A DNA stretch of 64,000 nucleotides from Gemmatimonadota bacterium (lineage in GTDB: Bacteria; Gemmatimonadota; Gemmatimonadetes; Palauibacterales; Palauibacteraceae): NCBI GenBank assembly GCA_039588275.1, contig JBDHAC010000005.1:1-64000 (forward strand), read 5' to 3'. The notes below the pieces were generated by a model. It searched no databases and was not told where the DNA came from. It was given only the letters and a program-made list of their open reading frames with translations. Positions 28,394-36,889 of this stretch are shown one piece after another; the first letter of the stretch is position 1, and every line of letters starts with the position of its first letter. The position numbers and the translations under genes were made by a program.

Positions 28394-28954
28394 CTAGCGA
28401 TCCCGAGCGTGCCCTCGCGTGCGCGGACCCGCTGATGCTTCGCGCGCCACGAGCCATACGGCGCCGATCGCGACGGCGCTCGCGGTGATGTGGAGCAGCG
28501 CTCCCAGCTCTTCGCAGGCGCCCAGCAGGCCCGCGCGACTCAGGAGCCAATGCCAGTCGTGGATGTGGCCGCCCACCAGTGGCAGAGCCTGCGCCTGCGC
28601 GTCGGCCATGTACTCGGCCGTGTACATGGCGCTCTCGGCGGCCCACACCCCGCAGATGCCTGCCTCGAACCGCTGTGCGCGCCGCCAGAAGTAAGTGACG
28701 AATGCGATCGGGAAGAGAAGTTGGAGCAGCGTCCCGCCAAGCGTGCCGAGCACAGCGCCCAGGGAACCGAACAGGACGTGGCCGGCCTCGTGGACGAGCA
28801 GGTTGACGCCGTCGATGAAGTGGTACCGGTACGCGGCGGCGAGCCAGACGACGTATACCCCCAGCCCGAGGACGACGGCCCGGCGAACGACGAGCGGCGG
28901 TGTCCACTCGCCCGCCAAATCCTCTCCCTTGGGCCTTGCCTCGGTCAGATCCAT
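28394..28954 (-). CDS. Membrane protein with HExGH motif (M50-like/putative zinc metalloprotease family)
   Basis: ATG 28954; FIDGVNLLVHEAGH, LGGTLLQLLFP, YMADAQAQALPL, HDWHWLL; several TM segments. Confidence 0.78.
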   Translation of the reverse strand: MDLTEARPKGEDLAGEWTPPLVVRRAVVLGLGVYVVWLAAAYRYHFIDGVNLLVHEAGHVLFGSLGAVLGTLGGTLLQLLFPIAFVTYFWRRAQRFEAGICGVWAAESAMYTAEYMADAQAQALPLVGGHIHDWHWLLSRAGLLGACEELGALLHITASAVAIGAVWLVAREASAGPRTRGHARDR

Positions 28955-29172
28955 AGCGGTGACCTGACCTGCAAGGGACGAGCCGTCAATCAGGGTCCGG
29001 GCAAGCCCCGGGGTGTCATCACGGACGGCCGAGTCGCATGATTCTCCGATTCCGAGCTGAGGCTCTTCGCGCCACCGGCCCGACTGAGAGGGCCGACGAT
29101 CTGACTGAGAGCGAACTGTCCATGCGACGATCAGAAGCAAACGCGCCTTCCCCGCCAGCACGCGGCTCTGTG

Positions 29173-30309
29173 ATGAAAGTGCTGCTTCCAGGTGTGTGCG
29201 CGCTGGCGCTGCTCGCGTCGCCCGGTGCAGCGCAGGAGTCACGCCGCGGGCGGGGGCAGCTGCCACCCGCCACGGACAGCACCTTCGACATGACCGTGGA
29301 GGCGTACGAGCCGCGCTCGACCCTGGTCGTTCCCGAGCATCCGGTTTTGCGCGCCCGGTACCCGTTCGTGGATGCGCACCTGCACATCAACGGCCGCATG
29401 TCGCGCGATTCGCTCGATGCCATGGTGGCGGCCATGGACCGGATGAATCTGGCGGTCGGCGTGAACCTGAGCGGCGGTAACAGCGAGCGGCTTGTCGGCC
29501 AGATCCAGAACCTGGAGGGCGCCCATCCAGGACGGTTCGTCGTCTTCGCCAATGTCGATTTCAGTCACATCGACGATCCCGAGTTCGGAGCCCTCGCCGC
29601 GGCCCAGCTGGAGGAGGACGTTCGAGCGGGTGCCCGCGGGCTCAAGATCTTCAAGAGCCTCGGGATGTGGATCACGGATGCCTCGGGCGCGCGGGTACGG
29701 GTCGACGACCCGAGGATCGACCCGGTGTGGGCGAAAGCCGGTGAGCTCGGGATCCCGGTGCTCATCCACACGGCCGACCCGGCCGAGTTCTGGCAGCCGC
29801 ACGACAGCGCCAACGAGCGCTGGTTGGAGCTCAGGTTGCGTCCAAGACGACAACGTCCGCCTGAGCCCTCCTGGGAGCAGCTCATCTCCGAACAGCTGAA
29901 TGTCTTCCGCAGGCACCCGGGAACCACGTTCATCGCCGCGCACCTCGGGTGGATGGGCAACGATCTGGGGCGCCTCGGACGGCTCCTCGATGAGCTCCCC
30001 AACATGAACGTCGAGCTCGGTGCCGTGATCTACGAGCCCGGGCGCCAACCCCGGGCCGCGAGGGCGTTCTTCGAGCGGTACCAGGATCGGATCCTCATGG
30101 GGAAGGACGCCTGGGTCCCCGATGAATACCCGGTCTACTTCAGGGTGCTGGAGACCGCGGACGAGTACTTCGATTACTACCGGAAGTACCACGCGTTCTG
30201 GAAGATGTACGGGCTCGAGTTGCCCGATGATGTCCTGCGTAAGGTCTACTACGAGAACGCACTGAGGATCATCCCGGGCCTGGACCGGAGCCTGTTTCCC
30301 TCTCGCTAG
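29173..30309 (+). CDS. Secreted Amidohydro_2 family metal-dependent hydrolase
   Basis: Signal peptide after ATG 29173 (alt. ATG 29122); DAHLH, RGLKIFK, PVLIHTADP, AAHLG, KVYYENALR. Confidence 0.88.
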   Translation: MKVLLPGVCALALLASPGAAQESRRGRGQLPPATDSTFDMTVEAYEPRSTLVVPEHPVLRARYPFVDAHLHINGRMSRDSLDAMVAAMDRMNLAVGVNLSGGNSERLVGQIQNLEGAHPGRFVVFANVDFSHIDDPEFGALAAAQLEEDVRAGARGLKIFKSLGMWITDASGARVRVDDPRIDPVWAKAGELGIPVLIHTADPAEFWQPHDSANERWLELRLRPRRQRPPEPSWEQLISEQLNVFRRHPGTTFIAAHLGWMGNDLGRLGRLLDELPNMNVELGAVIYEPGRQPRAARAFFERYQDRILMGKDAWVPDEYPVYFRVLETADEYFDYYRKYHAFWKMYGLELPDDVLRKVYYENALRIIPGLDRSLFPSR

Positions 30310-31528
30310 GTCGCTCGGGCTCCGGAGCTCCGGAGCCTCGGAGGTCCGATGCCGCCTGGAGCTTAGCGTCGAAATCCACCCGGTAGGTGTGGCCGCGCCA
30401 GTCCAACTCCGGCTTGAGCAGCATCGAGATGCCGATCGGGATGGCCATGGCGTACGGCATCCACACCATCCATGCGTGCCGAAGCGGCACCGGCGCCCCA
30501 CCCTGAAGGCGGTGGAGGCGGATGTAATGGAGCCCCTCGCACAGCAGCAAGAGGGCGGGCAGCGCGGTGGCCCAGACCGGCCCGACGGCCAGCGCCGCGA
30601 CCGCGAGCCCGAGCGCCGAGAACGTGCTCACGGCGCGGATCACGAACGGCCGCACGAAGCTGAACGGCATCCCGCCTCGTCCGCAGAACAGCCAGCGCCG
30701 CCACAGACGGACGAAATCGCTGAAACCGAGGTCGTAGTTGATGATGTGGAGCGGGTGCGTCCCCAGGACATTGCGGTAGCCCGCGTCGACGATTCGCGCA
30801 CCGAGGAACATGTCGTCCACCAGCTGTCCATCGGCGCACTCCACGCCACCGATCGCCTGCAGCGCCTCTCTGCGAAACACCATGAGCTGGCCCATGAGGA
30901 ACGGAAGCTCTCGGTGCGGGCCCATCTGAGCCTCCATGTACGCGACCAGCAGAGCATTCATGATGATGTCGTGCCCGACATCTCCGGCGGTACGAATGGG
31001 GCCCGGGGTGATGGGCGGCGCGAACCCCGCACCCGCCTTCGGGTCCGCAACCATGTGCTGGATGACGTTTTGAAGCACCTTCGTGTCCGGTCGGCTGTCC
31101 GAGTCTCCGAACGCGATGAACTCTCCGGTGGCGCTCCAGGCTCCGGCGATCATGTTGTTGATCTTGCCGGTGCGACCGGTGGGGGGCTTCCCCGCGAACA
31201 CGACCCGTGCCTCGCCGTGACCACCCGCACCGCGGTGGGTCTCGATTGCGTGGCGCGCGAGGGGAAACGCCGGATCGTCCTCGTCCTCGAACACGAAGAT
31301 GGTCTCGACCGCTCCAGGGTAGCCCGTGTCGAGGGCCGCACGGAAGTTCTCCGCCTGCTCCACGTCCGTCCCCTTCACAGGCCGGATGACCGTGACCGGC
31401 GGGTAGTCGGAAAGCGGTGGTGGACGCGCGCCCTCACGACGTCGGAACGCGCGCTCTACGTGCCGGTGCGCAACGGCAAGCTGGACCAGGAACACGAGCG
31501 ATACGGCGGTGATGAGGGCCGCCAACAT
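30269..31528 (-). CDS. GT2/GT21 glycosyltransferase (ceramide glucosyltransferase/HpnI-like)
   Basis: ATG 31528 with N-terminal TM; PPVTVIRPVKG, GKINNM, DSD, LVDDMFLG, RW motif, C-terminal WRGHTY. Confidence 0.85.
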   Translation of the reverse strand: MLAALITAVSLVFLVQLAVAHRHVERAFRRREGARPPPLSDYPPVTVIRPVKGTDVEQAENFRAALDTGYPGAVETIFVFEDEDDPAFPLARHAIETHRGAGGHGEARVVFAGKPPTGRTGKINNMIAGAWSATGEFIAFGDSDSRPDTKVLQNVIQHMVADPKAGAGFAPPITPGPIRTAGDVGHDIIMNALLVAYMEAQMGPHRELPFLMGQLMVFRREALQAIGGVECADGQLVDDMFLGARIVDAGYRNVLGTHPLHIINYDLGFSDFVRLWRRWLFCGRGGMPFSFVRPFVIRAVSTFSALGLAVAALAVGPVWATALPALLLLCEGLHYIRLHRLQGGAPVPLRHAWMVWMPYAMAIPIGISMLLKPELDWRGHTYRVDFDAKLQAASDLRGSGAPEPERPSERETGSGPGPG

Positions 31529-31838
31529 GTGTCGTCTCCCGTCCGCGGGTGAACCTGATCTCGGCCCTGCCGGAGCTCGTCCCGATGGTGGGCCGATCCG
31601 GCGCGAACTACGCCGAGAGCGCACCGCCAGTATGCGTGCGCGGTACCGAGATTGCACCCGCAACCATGGTCGCCGCCCTCCCACGACACTCCCGTCGAGG
31701 AGTAGCCGCGTCGCGTGAACGCGGAGGGGCCGGTCCGTCGCTCCGACGGCCGGCCCCCCGGGGGCCGCTTGCCCCGGTCCGCCGCTCCGGACCACTTTTC
31801 CGCTTCGTCCACCATCGTCACCTGGCCCGAACGGCAGC

Positions 31839-34349
31839 ATGTCGGTCGAACTGGATCACCTCCGGACTGCGCTCGCTGATTCGTACGCGATCGATCGAGA
31901 AATCGGTCACGGCGGCCACGCCGTCGTGTATCTCGCGACAGACCTGAAGCACGGTCGCGACGTTGCCATCAAGGTCCTTCGCCCCGAGCTCGTGTCCAGC
32001 CTGGGCCCCGGCCGCTTCCTGCGCGAGATCGAGATCGCGGCGCGCCTGACGCATCCTCGCATCCTCCCTCTGCACGATTCGGGTGATCGGGACGGATTCC
32101 TCTACTACGTGATGCCCTTCGTTGAGGGCGAATCGCTTCGCGATCGACTGAATCGCGAACAGCAGTTGCCGATCGCCGACGCGGTGCGAATCTGCCGACA
32201 GGTGGCGGACGCCCTCACCTATGCGCATGAGCAGGGGGTGATCCACCGGGACATCAAGCCCGAGAACATCCTGCTCACGCAGGGCGGGGCCGTGGTGACC
32301 GATTTCGGCATCGCTCGCGCCCTCGACGCGGCGGGTGCGGAGAAGCTCACCGAGACGGGCCTGGCCGTGGGCACGCCGGCGTACATGGGTCCCGAGCAGG
32401 CAACCGGTTCCGGGAAGCTCGATGCCCGGGCCGACCAGTACAGTCTCGCGTGCGTCCTGTACGAGATGCTCGTGGGCGAGCCGCCCTTCACCGGACCTCC
32501 ACAGGTCGTGATGGTTCGCCACTCCGTCGACCCGATCCCCTCGATATCGACGGCACGACCGACCGTTACGCAGCCGATGGTGCATGCCATAACTCGGGCG
32601 CTCGCGAAGGTCCCGGCCGATCGGTTCGACAAGATCAGCGACTTCGCGAAGGCCCTGGAGGGGGTGGACACCGGAACTCCTTTCCCTGCGGCCCCACCGC
32701 CCGCCGACACGCTGCCCCATGCCGGTGAGGCCGCGGCACTCAAGGGTCGAAGCGGAGTCCGACGCCTCGGAGTCGCCATCGGTGCCTCCGCGCTACTCGC
32801 CGTCGGGATCGTGTGGCTGGCGACAAGCAACTGGTTCCCGGGCGCTCCGGGGAGCGGCGTCGCCAGCCTGGACCCCTCCCACGTAGCCGTCCTCTACTTC
32901 GATGACCACAGTCCCGGACAGGAGCTGGGGTACCTGACGGCTGGTATCACGGAATCGCTGATCCACGAGCTGACTCAGGTCCGGCCGCTCAGCGTCATCT
33001 CCAGGAACGGCGTGAAGCCATACCGTGACCTGGGGATTCCACTCGACAGTCTGGCGGGACTGTTGAACGTGGGAAGCCTCGTCGAGGGGAGCATCGAGCG
33101 CGCCGGCGATCGGCTGACCGCGACCATGCACCTGGTGGATGGAAACACGGGAGAAGGTGTGTTCAGCCAGCGCTTGACGCGCAGCGGCGAGGATCCCTTG
33201 TCGTTGAGGGATGCCATCGTCGCCGAAGCCGCCCGCCTCCTCGGGCAGCATCTGGGCCGGGAGCTGGAGGTTCGCGAAACGCGGGCGGGGACGCGCAGCG
33301 ACGAAGCGTGGAGTCGCTTCCAGCAGGCGGAGCGAATGCTGGAGAACGCGGACACGCTGCGATGGAGCCTGGGGGACACGGAAGGGGCCGCGCGGGCGCT
33401 CGATGAGGCGGACCGGCTTCACCAGGAGGCGGAGTCTTTCGATCCGGATTGGCTGGAGCCAATCGTGAGGAGGGGCTGGATCGCGTCGACCCGAGGGAGG
33501 CTCGGTGCGACGTCTCGGAGTGGATACGACCAGCAGATCCTCGAGTCGGGGATCGCTCACGCCGAGCGCGCCCTGGCGGTTCAGCCGACGTTCGCGCCCG
33601 CACTCGAGCTGCGCGGAAGTCTGCGGAACGATCTGACATGGATCGCGGACTCCACACAAGTGCCCCAGCTGCGACAGGGCGCGGAGGAGGACCTCCGAGC
33701 GGCCGTGGATGCCGATCCCGGCCTGGCGCGCGCCTGGGTCGCGCTCGCACAGTTGCAGCGCACGGCCGGCGACTTCACCGAGGCTTCGATCGCCGCCCAG
33801 CGTGCGCTCGAAGCCGATCCGTTCCTCATTCACGCGGAGAAGGAGATCATCTTCGCCCTCTCACAGGTGTGGCTGGATCTCGCGGAAGTGGATCGCGCCG
33901 CCCGTTGGACGGATGAAGGCCGCCGCCGCTACCCGGCCGAAGCCTCGTTTCCGGCAGCCAAGCTGGTGATTCTGGCAGGCGGCACCGGCGCGGAAGCGGC
34001 AACGGACACCGCCTGGAACCTGCTTGCCGGGGTTCTGGATGCGTTCGGGATCGACAGCTGGCCGAACGGCGAGCTACAGGTCGCCGCGGTGCTCGCGCAA
34101 AACGGGCTAGCAGACAGCGCGCAAGCCGTCATCGCACGTGCTCGCCAGACCAGGTCGGCCAACCCCTGGACCGACTATTACGAAGCCAACGCTCGACTCA
34201 GACTGGGCGCGCGCGACGAGGCCCTGGCCTTGCTGGGACGGTTCCTCGAGGCGGTCCCGGACCGCAAATCGTATATCGCGAACGACTGGTGGTGGGAGAG
34301 CCTGCACCAGGACTCCGTGTTCGTGCGGCTGACAGAGACCTCGGACTAG
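31839..34349 (+). CDS. Hanks-type Ser/Thr protein kinase - TM - TolB-N-like - TPR receptor
   Basis: IGHGGHAVVY, VAIKVL, HRDIKPENIL, DFG, GTPAYMGPE, DQYSLACV; TM; VAVLYFDD TolB-N-like domain; TPR-like C-terminus. Confidence 0.95.
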   Translation: MSVELDHLRTALADSYAIDREIGHGGHAVVYLATDLKHGRDVAIKVLRPELVSSLGPGRFLREIEIAARLTHPRILPLHDSGDRDGFLYYVMPFVEGESLRDRLNREQQLPIADAVRICRQVADALTYAHEQGVIHRDIKPENILLTQGGAVVTDFGIARALDAAGAEKLTETGLAVGTPAYMGPEQATGSGKLDARADQYSLACVLYEMLVGEPPFTGPPQVVMVRHSVDPIPSISTARPTVTQPMVHAITRALAKVPADRFDKISDFAKALEGVDTGTPFPAAPPPADTLPHAGEAAALKGRSGVRRLGVAIGASALLAVGIVWLATSNWFPGAPGSGVASLDPSHVAVLYFDDHSPGQELGYLTAGITESLIHELTQVRPLSVISRNGVKPYRDLGIPLDSLAGLLNVGSLVEGSIERAGDRLTATMHLVDGNTGEGVFSQRLTRSGEDPLSLRDAIVAEAARLLGQHLGRELEVRETRAGTRSDEAWSRFQQAERMLENADTLRWSLGDTEGAARALDEADRLHQEAESFDPDWLEPIVRRGWIASTRGRLGATSRSGYDQQILESGIAHAERALAVQPTFAPALELRGSLRNDLTWIADSTQVPQLRQGAEEDLRAAVDADPGLARAWVALAQLQRTAGDFTEASIAAQRALEADPFLIHAEKEIIFALSQVWLDLAEVDRAARWTDEGRRRYPAEASFPAAKLVILAGGTGAEAATDTAWNLLAGVLDAFGIDSWPNGELQVAAVLAQNGLADSAQAVIARARQTRSANPWTDYYEANARLRLGARDEALALLGRFLEAVPDRKSYIANDWWWESLHQDSVFVRLTETSD

Positions 34350-34360
34350 GTGAGCGTAAA

Positions 34361-34401
34361 GGTGCGCCGGGCGCGCGAGTGGGTGCGCCCGGCGCGGGAA
34401 T
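34361..34401. repeat. 21-bp-period tandem duplication between convergent genes
   Basis: GGTGCGCCGGGCGCGCGAGT (34361-34380) and GGTGCGCCCGGCGCGGGAAT (34382-34401), 3 mismatches. Confidence 0.6.
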
Positions 34402-34429
34402 CGTTACCGAGAGTGCATCCGAGAGGCGA

Positions 34430-34846
34430 TCAACCGGGTCCGACCTCGATCTCTGGATCGAGCACTCTCATACCGTCGTCGGTGATCACGATGATGTCGT
34501 ACTGGTAGCGGCCCTGGGGAGCACCTGGCCGGACCTCGCCTCCGCGTCGCTCTCCCCTGCGTCCCCGAATGCCTTGCTGACCCGCGAACCCGAGCGGTCG
34601 CCTGGCATCCGGGATCCTGATCTCCCATTCGAAGTCGCCTTGCCACAGAATCACGTCGCGGGGTCTAACGGGGACGGGATCGGGGTCCGCGACCGGATTG
34701 CCCTCAGAATCCAGGCTGAGGGTCACCGGCACCTCACGGGGAGCCTGCTGTTGCGCGTCCGGCGGTTCCTCGGGTCCGGTTCCCGAAGCGATGATCAGGG
34801 GGATTACGATCGGGGCCGTGATGGTGAGGGCTCGGGCTCGCATCAT
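34430..34846 (-). CDS. Small secreted beta-sandwich protein resembling DP-EP family/cupredoxin-like proteins
   Basis: GGAGGT SD before ATG 34846; N-terminal hydrophobic segment; PDPVPVRPRDVILW, GRYQYDI, VLDPEIEV. Confidence 0.7.
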   Translation of the reverse strand: MMRARALTITAPIVIPLIIASGTGPEEPPDAQQQAPREVPVTLSLDSEGNPVADPDPVPVRPRDVILWQGDFEWEIRIPDARRPLGFAGQQGIRGRRGERRGGEVRPGAPQGRYQYDIIVITDDGMRVLDPEIEVGPG

Positions 34847-35084
34847 ACTACCTCCCACGCGAGTGGTTCCTCCGATTGGACCGGACAGGGTCAAGTAGGC
34901 GAGAACCTAGGCCGACAGTCCTCGGTCGGCTAGAGGTGTGTTCCCCCAGACACAACGACATCCACAGATTTGGCCCGGCCTCACGACCATGGCGCTTGGG
35001 AGGTGCTCTTTCGCGGGGTGTTGTTGTTCGGCTCGAAGGACCGGCTGGGGCGAGGGGTTCGCGAACGTCCTTACGGGTACCTGA

Positions 35085-35918
35085 TCACGGTGTCGAAGCG
35101 TCGGCTACCGCCTCGGTCCCCTCGGTGTACTCTCGAAGGTGCAGCGCCATCGTCCCGAACTTCGTGGAGGTCGTCAGCTTCACGATGATCCGCCGCGCAT
35201 CGTCGCTCAGGTATACTTTCGCCTGAGCGTCCCTGCGGAAGATCCCCATCGCCGGCAGGACCGGATCCACCACGACGGTGTTGAACCGTCCCGCGGGCAC
35301 GCGGACCTTCTCCTTGCCGAGTACTCGGAAGACGACAGGGTTGCCGCCCGGCTCGAAATGCGAGCCGAACTCGTACCGGGCCCCCGGCTCGAGCGCCAGG
35401 AGCCGCATCAAGTAGAGGAAGGCGACCTCGTCGAGCGCCGGATCCGGAATCGGCGCGGACCCCACCGAGCCGCGCATGGGAACGTAGGAGGCCAGCCGGT
35501 CATCCCACTCTTCGGCGCGATACGTACCTCGCTCGTAATCGAGCTCGTAACGCCGCCGGTATCGCGTGTCGCCTTCGTGAATCGCCTTCTCGATGCCCAG
35601 CGATCGAACCGGATCGGTGGCGATCCAGCTCGTCCATCGATCCTCGAAGGCCACGAAAGGCACGCTGGCCTCGATGCTGAGTGAGACCCGGTAGGCCCGC
35701 ATCCCCCGATAGACCTCGTACGCCTCCACGGTGAGGCGCCCCCGACCCGCGTTGATCGGCCCGAGTCCGACCACGTACTCGAGCGACTCTCCGACCGCGA
35801 ACCGCCATGGGGCCACGTCGTTGTCCTGGGAGGTCGCACGGGATGCGCCACCCGCCAGGAGAAGAGCCGGGAGCAGTGGGAGGACGCACCGTCGAGTGCT
35901 GGACATTTGAGGCTCCAA
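35085..35918 (-). CDS. DUF3108 domain secreted protein
   Basis: Signal peptide; FAVGESLEYVV...AG, KEKVRVPAGRFNT, YLSDDARRIIVKL. Confidence 0.82.
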   Translation of the reverse strand: MEPQMSSTRRCVLPLLPALLLAGGASRATSQDNDVAPWRFAVGESLEYVVGLGPINAGRGRLTVEAYEVYRGMRAYRVSLSIEASVPFVAFEDRWTSWIATDPVRSLGIEKAIHEGDTRYRRRYELDYERGTYRAEEWDDRLASYVPMRGSVGSAPIPDPALDEVAFLYLMRLLALEPGARYEFGSHFEPGGNPVVFRVLGKEKVRVPAGRFNTVVVDPVLPAMGIFRRDAQAKVYLSDDARRIIVKLTTSTKFGTMALHLREYTEGTEAVADASTP

Positions 35919-36150
35919 TGGTCGGCCAGCCGCATCTAGGGGGCGTCAAGTGGGCAAGACGCGGGCCCTCCCGGTCCAGATACGCTGTAAGCTGCTGTTA
36001 GTGTAGGGCGTTACGCGGTTCCACGAGATCCACGATCTGGTTGATCGTGCGACAGGGCGGGGACAAAAAAGTGCCCAGATTACACCTGCGGCGAGTTCCT
36101 CGCCGCTGGGAGAGTGCCGCCTGAAGCGACCGTGGGAATCTGCCGCGAGC

Positions 36151-36816
36151 CTATCGCAGCACGCTCTTCCCTCGAGCCCAGATCTCGGTCGCGTCCAGGT
36201 AGCTGAGGGGCCGCAGAGACTCGTTCTCCAATCCGAGCTCCAGCCGCGCGGCCAGCAACGCGGCCTGTCCTCCACTCGCCTCCTCGGGCTCCTTCTCGTC
36301 GCCCCAATTCTCGAGGCCGACGGACAAGACATCCTCGGGCGAGGTGATCGTCGCCAGCTCGACTTTCACGGCCCCCGGCGGACCCGGCCACAGCCACGCC
36401 TGCCGGTTCTTGCGCACCTCGACGACCGTGATTCGCTCGTCCACGGCCCTGAGGTGATCCAGCGTCGCGGGCAGGTCGGTGGGCTCCTCGGGACTCACCT
36501 CGAGAGTCAGGCCGACCTTCCGTAACTCGGAAGCTAGCCGCTCCCAGGCCGCGTGATCGAGCGGGAAGTCGTACAACTCTTCGGGGTCCTCGTGCCACAG
36601 CTCCAGCTCATTGGCTCTTGCCAGGAGACGCTTGAACTTGAGCCCGTCCTGGACACCGGACCGAAGCTTCACGTTCACGGTGAGCCGCGGGATCCACAGG
36701 TACCGGTCGACGACCTCCTGGGGCGGGAAGAGGTCCTCGAGGCCGCCGATGGTGTCCGCCAGGCGCTCCGACCCCTCACCGAAGCCTCTCCACTCCCAGT
36801 GAACTCCGAGTGCCAT
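36151..36816 (-). CDS. CYTH-like (triphosphate tunnel) hypothetical protein
   Basis: HWEWRGFG N-terminus, NVKLR, LKFKRL, VRKNRQ, VELATI, SVGLE, LSYL follow the CYTH-like strand pattern. Confidence 0.55.
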   Translation of the reverse strand: MALGVHWEWRGFGEGSERLADTIGGLEDLFPPQEVVDRYLWIPRLTVNVKLRSGVQDGLKFKRLLARANELELWHEDPEELYDFPLDHAAWERLASELRKVGLTLEVSPEEPTDLPATLDHLRAVDERITVVEVRKNRQAWLWPGPPGAVKVELATITSPEDVLSVGLENWGDEKEPEEASGGQAALLAARLELGLENESLRPLSYLDATEIWARGKSVLR

Positions 36817-36889
36817 GCCTACACGCCTCGCATTCCTGGCCGCTGTCGACGAACGCGAGAGAATACGAATGACATCGCCAACGGTGGAT

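Noticed and set aside
31540..31830. GC-rich hairpins between the glycosyltransferase and kinase as a riboswitch
   Set aside because: No conserved riboswitch sequence motif recognised; hairpins are expected at this GC content.
35987..36014. GTAA-N20-TTAC dyad and nearby hairpin (36088-36106) as a recombination site or terminator
   Set aside because: Only 4-bp arms, no recombinase nearby, and the hairpin lacks an adjacent U-tract.
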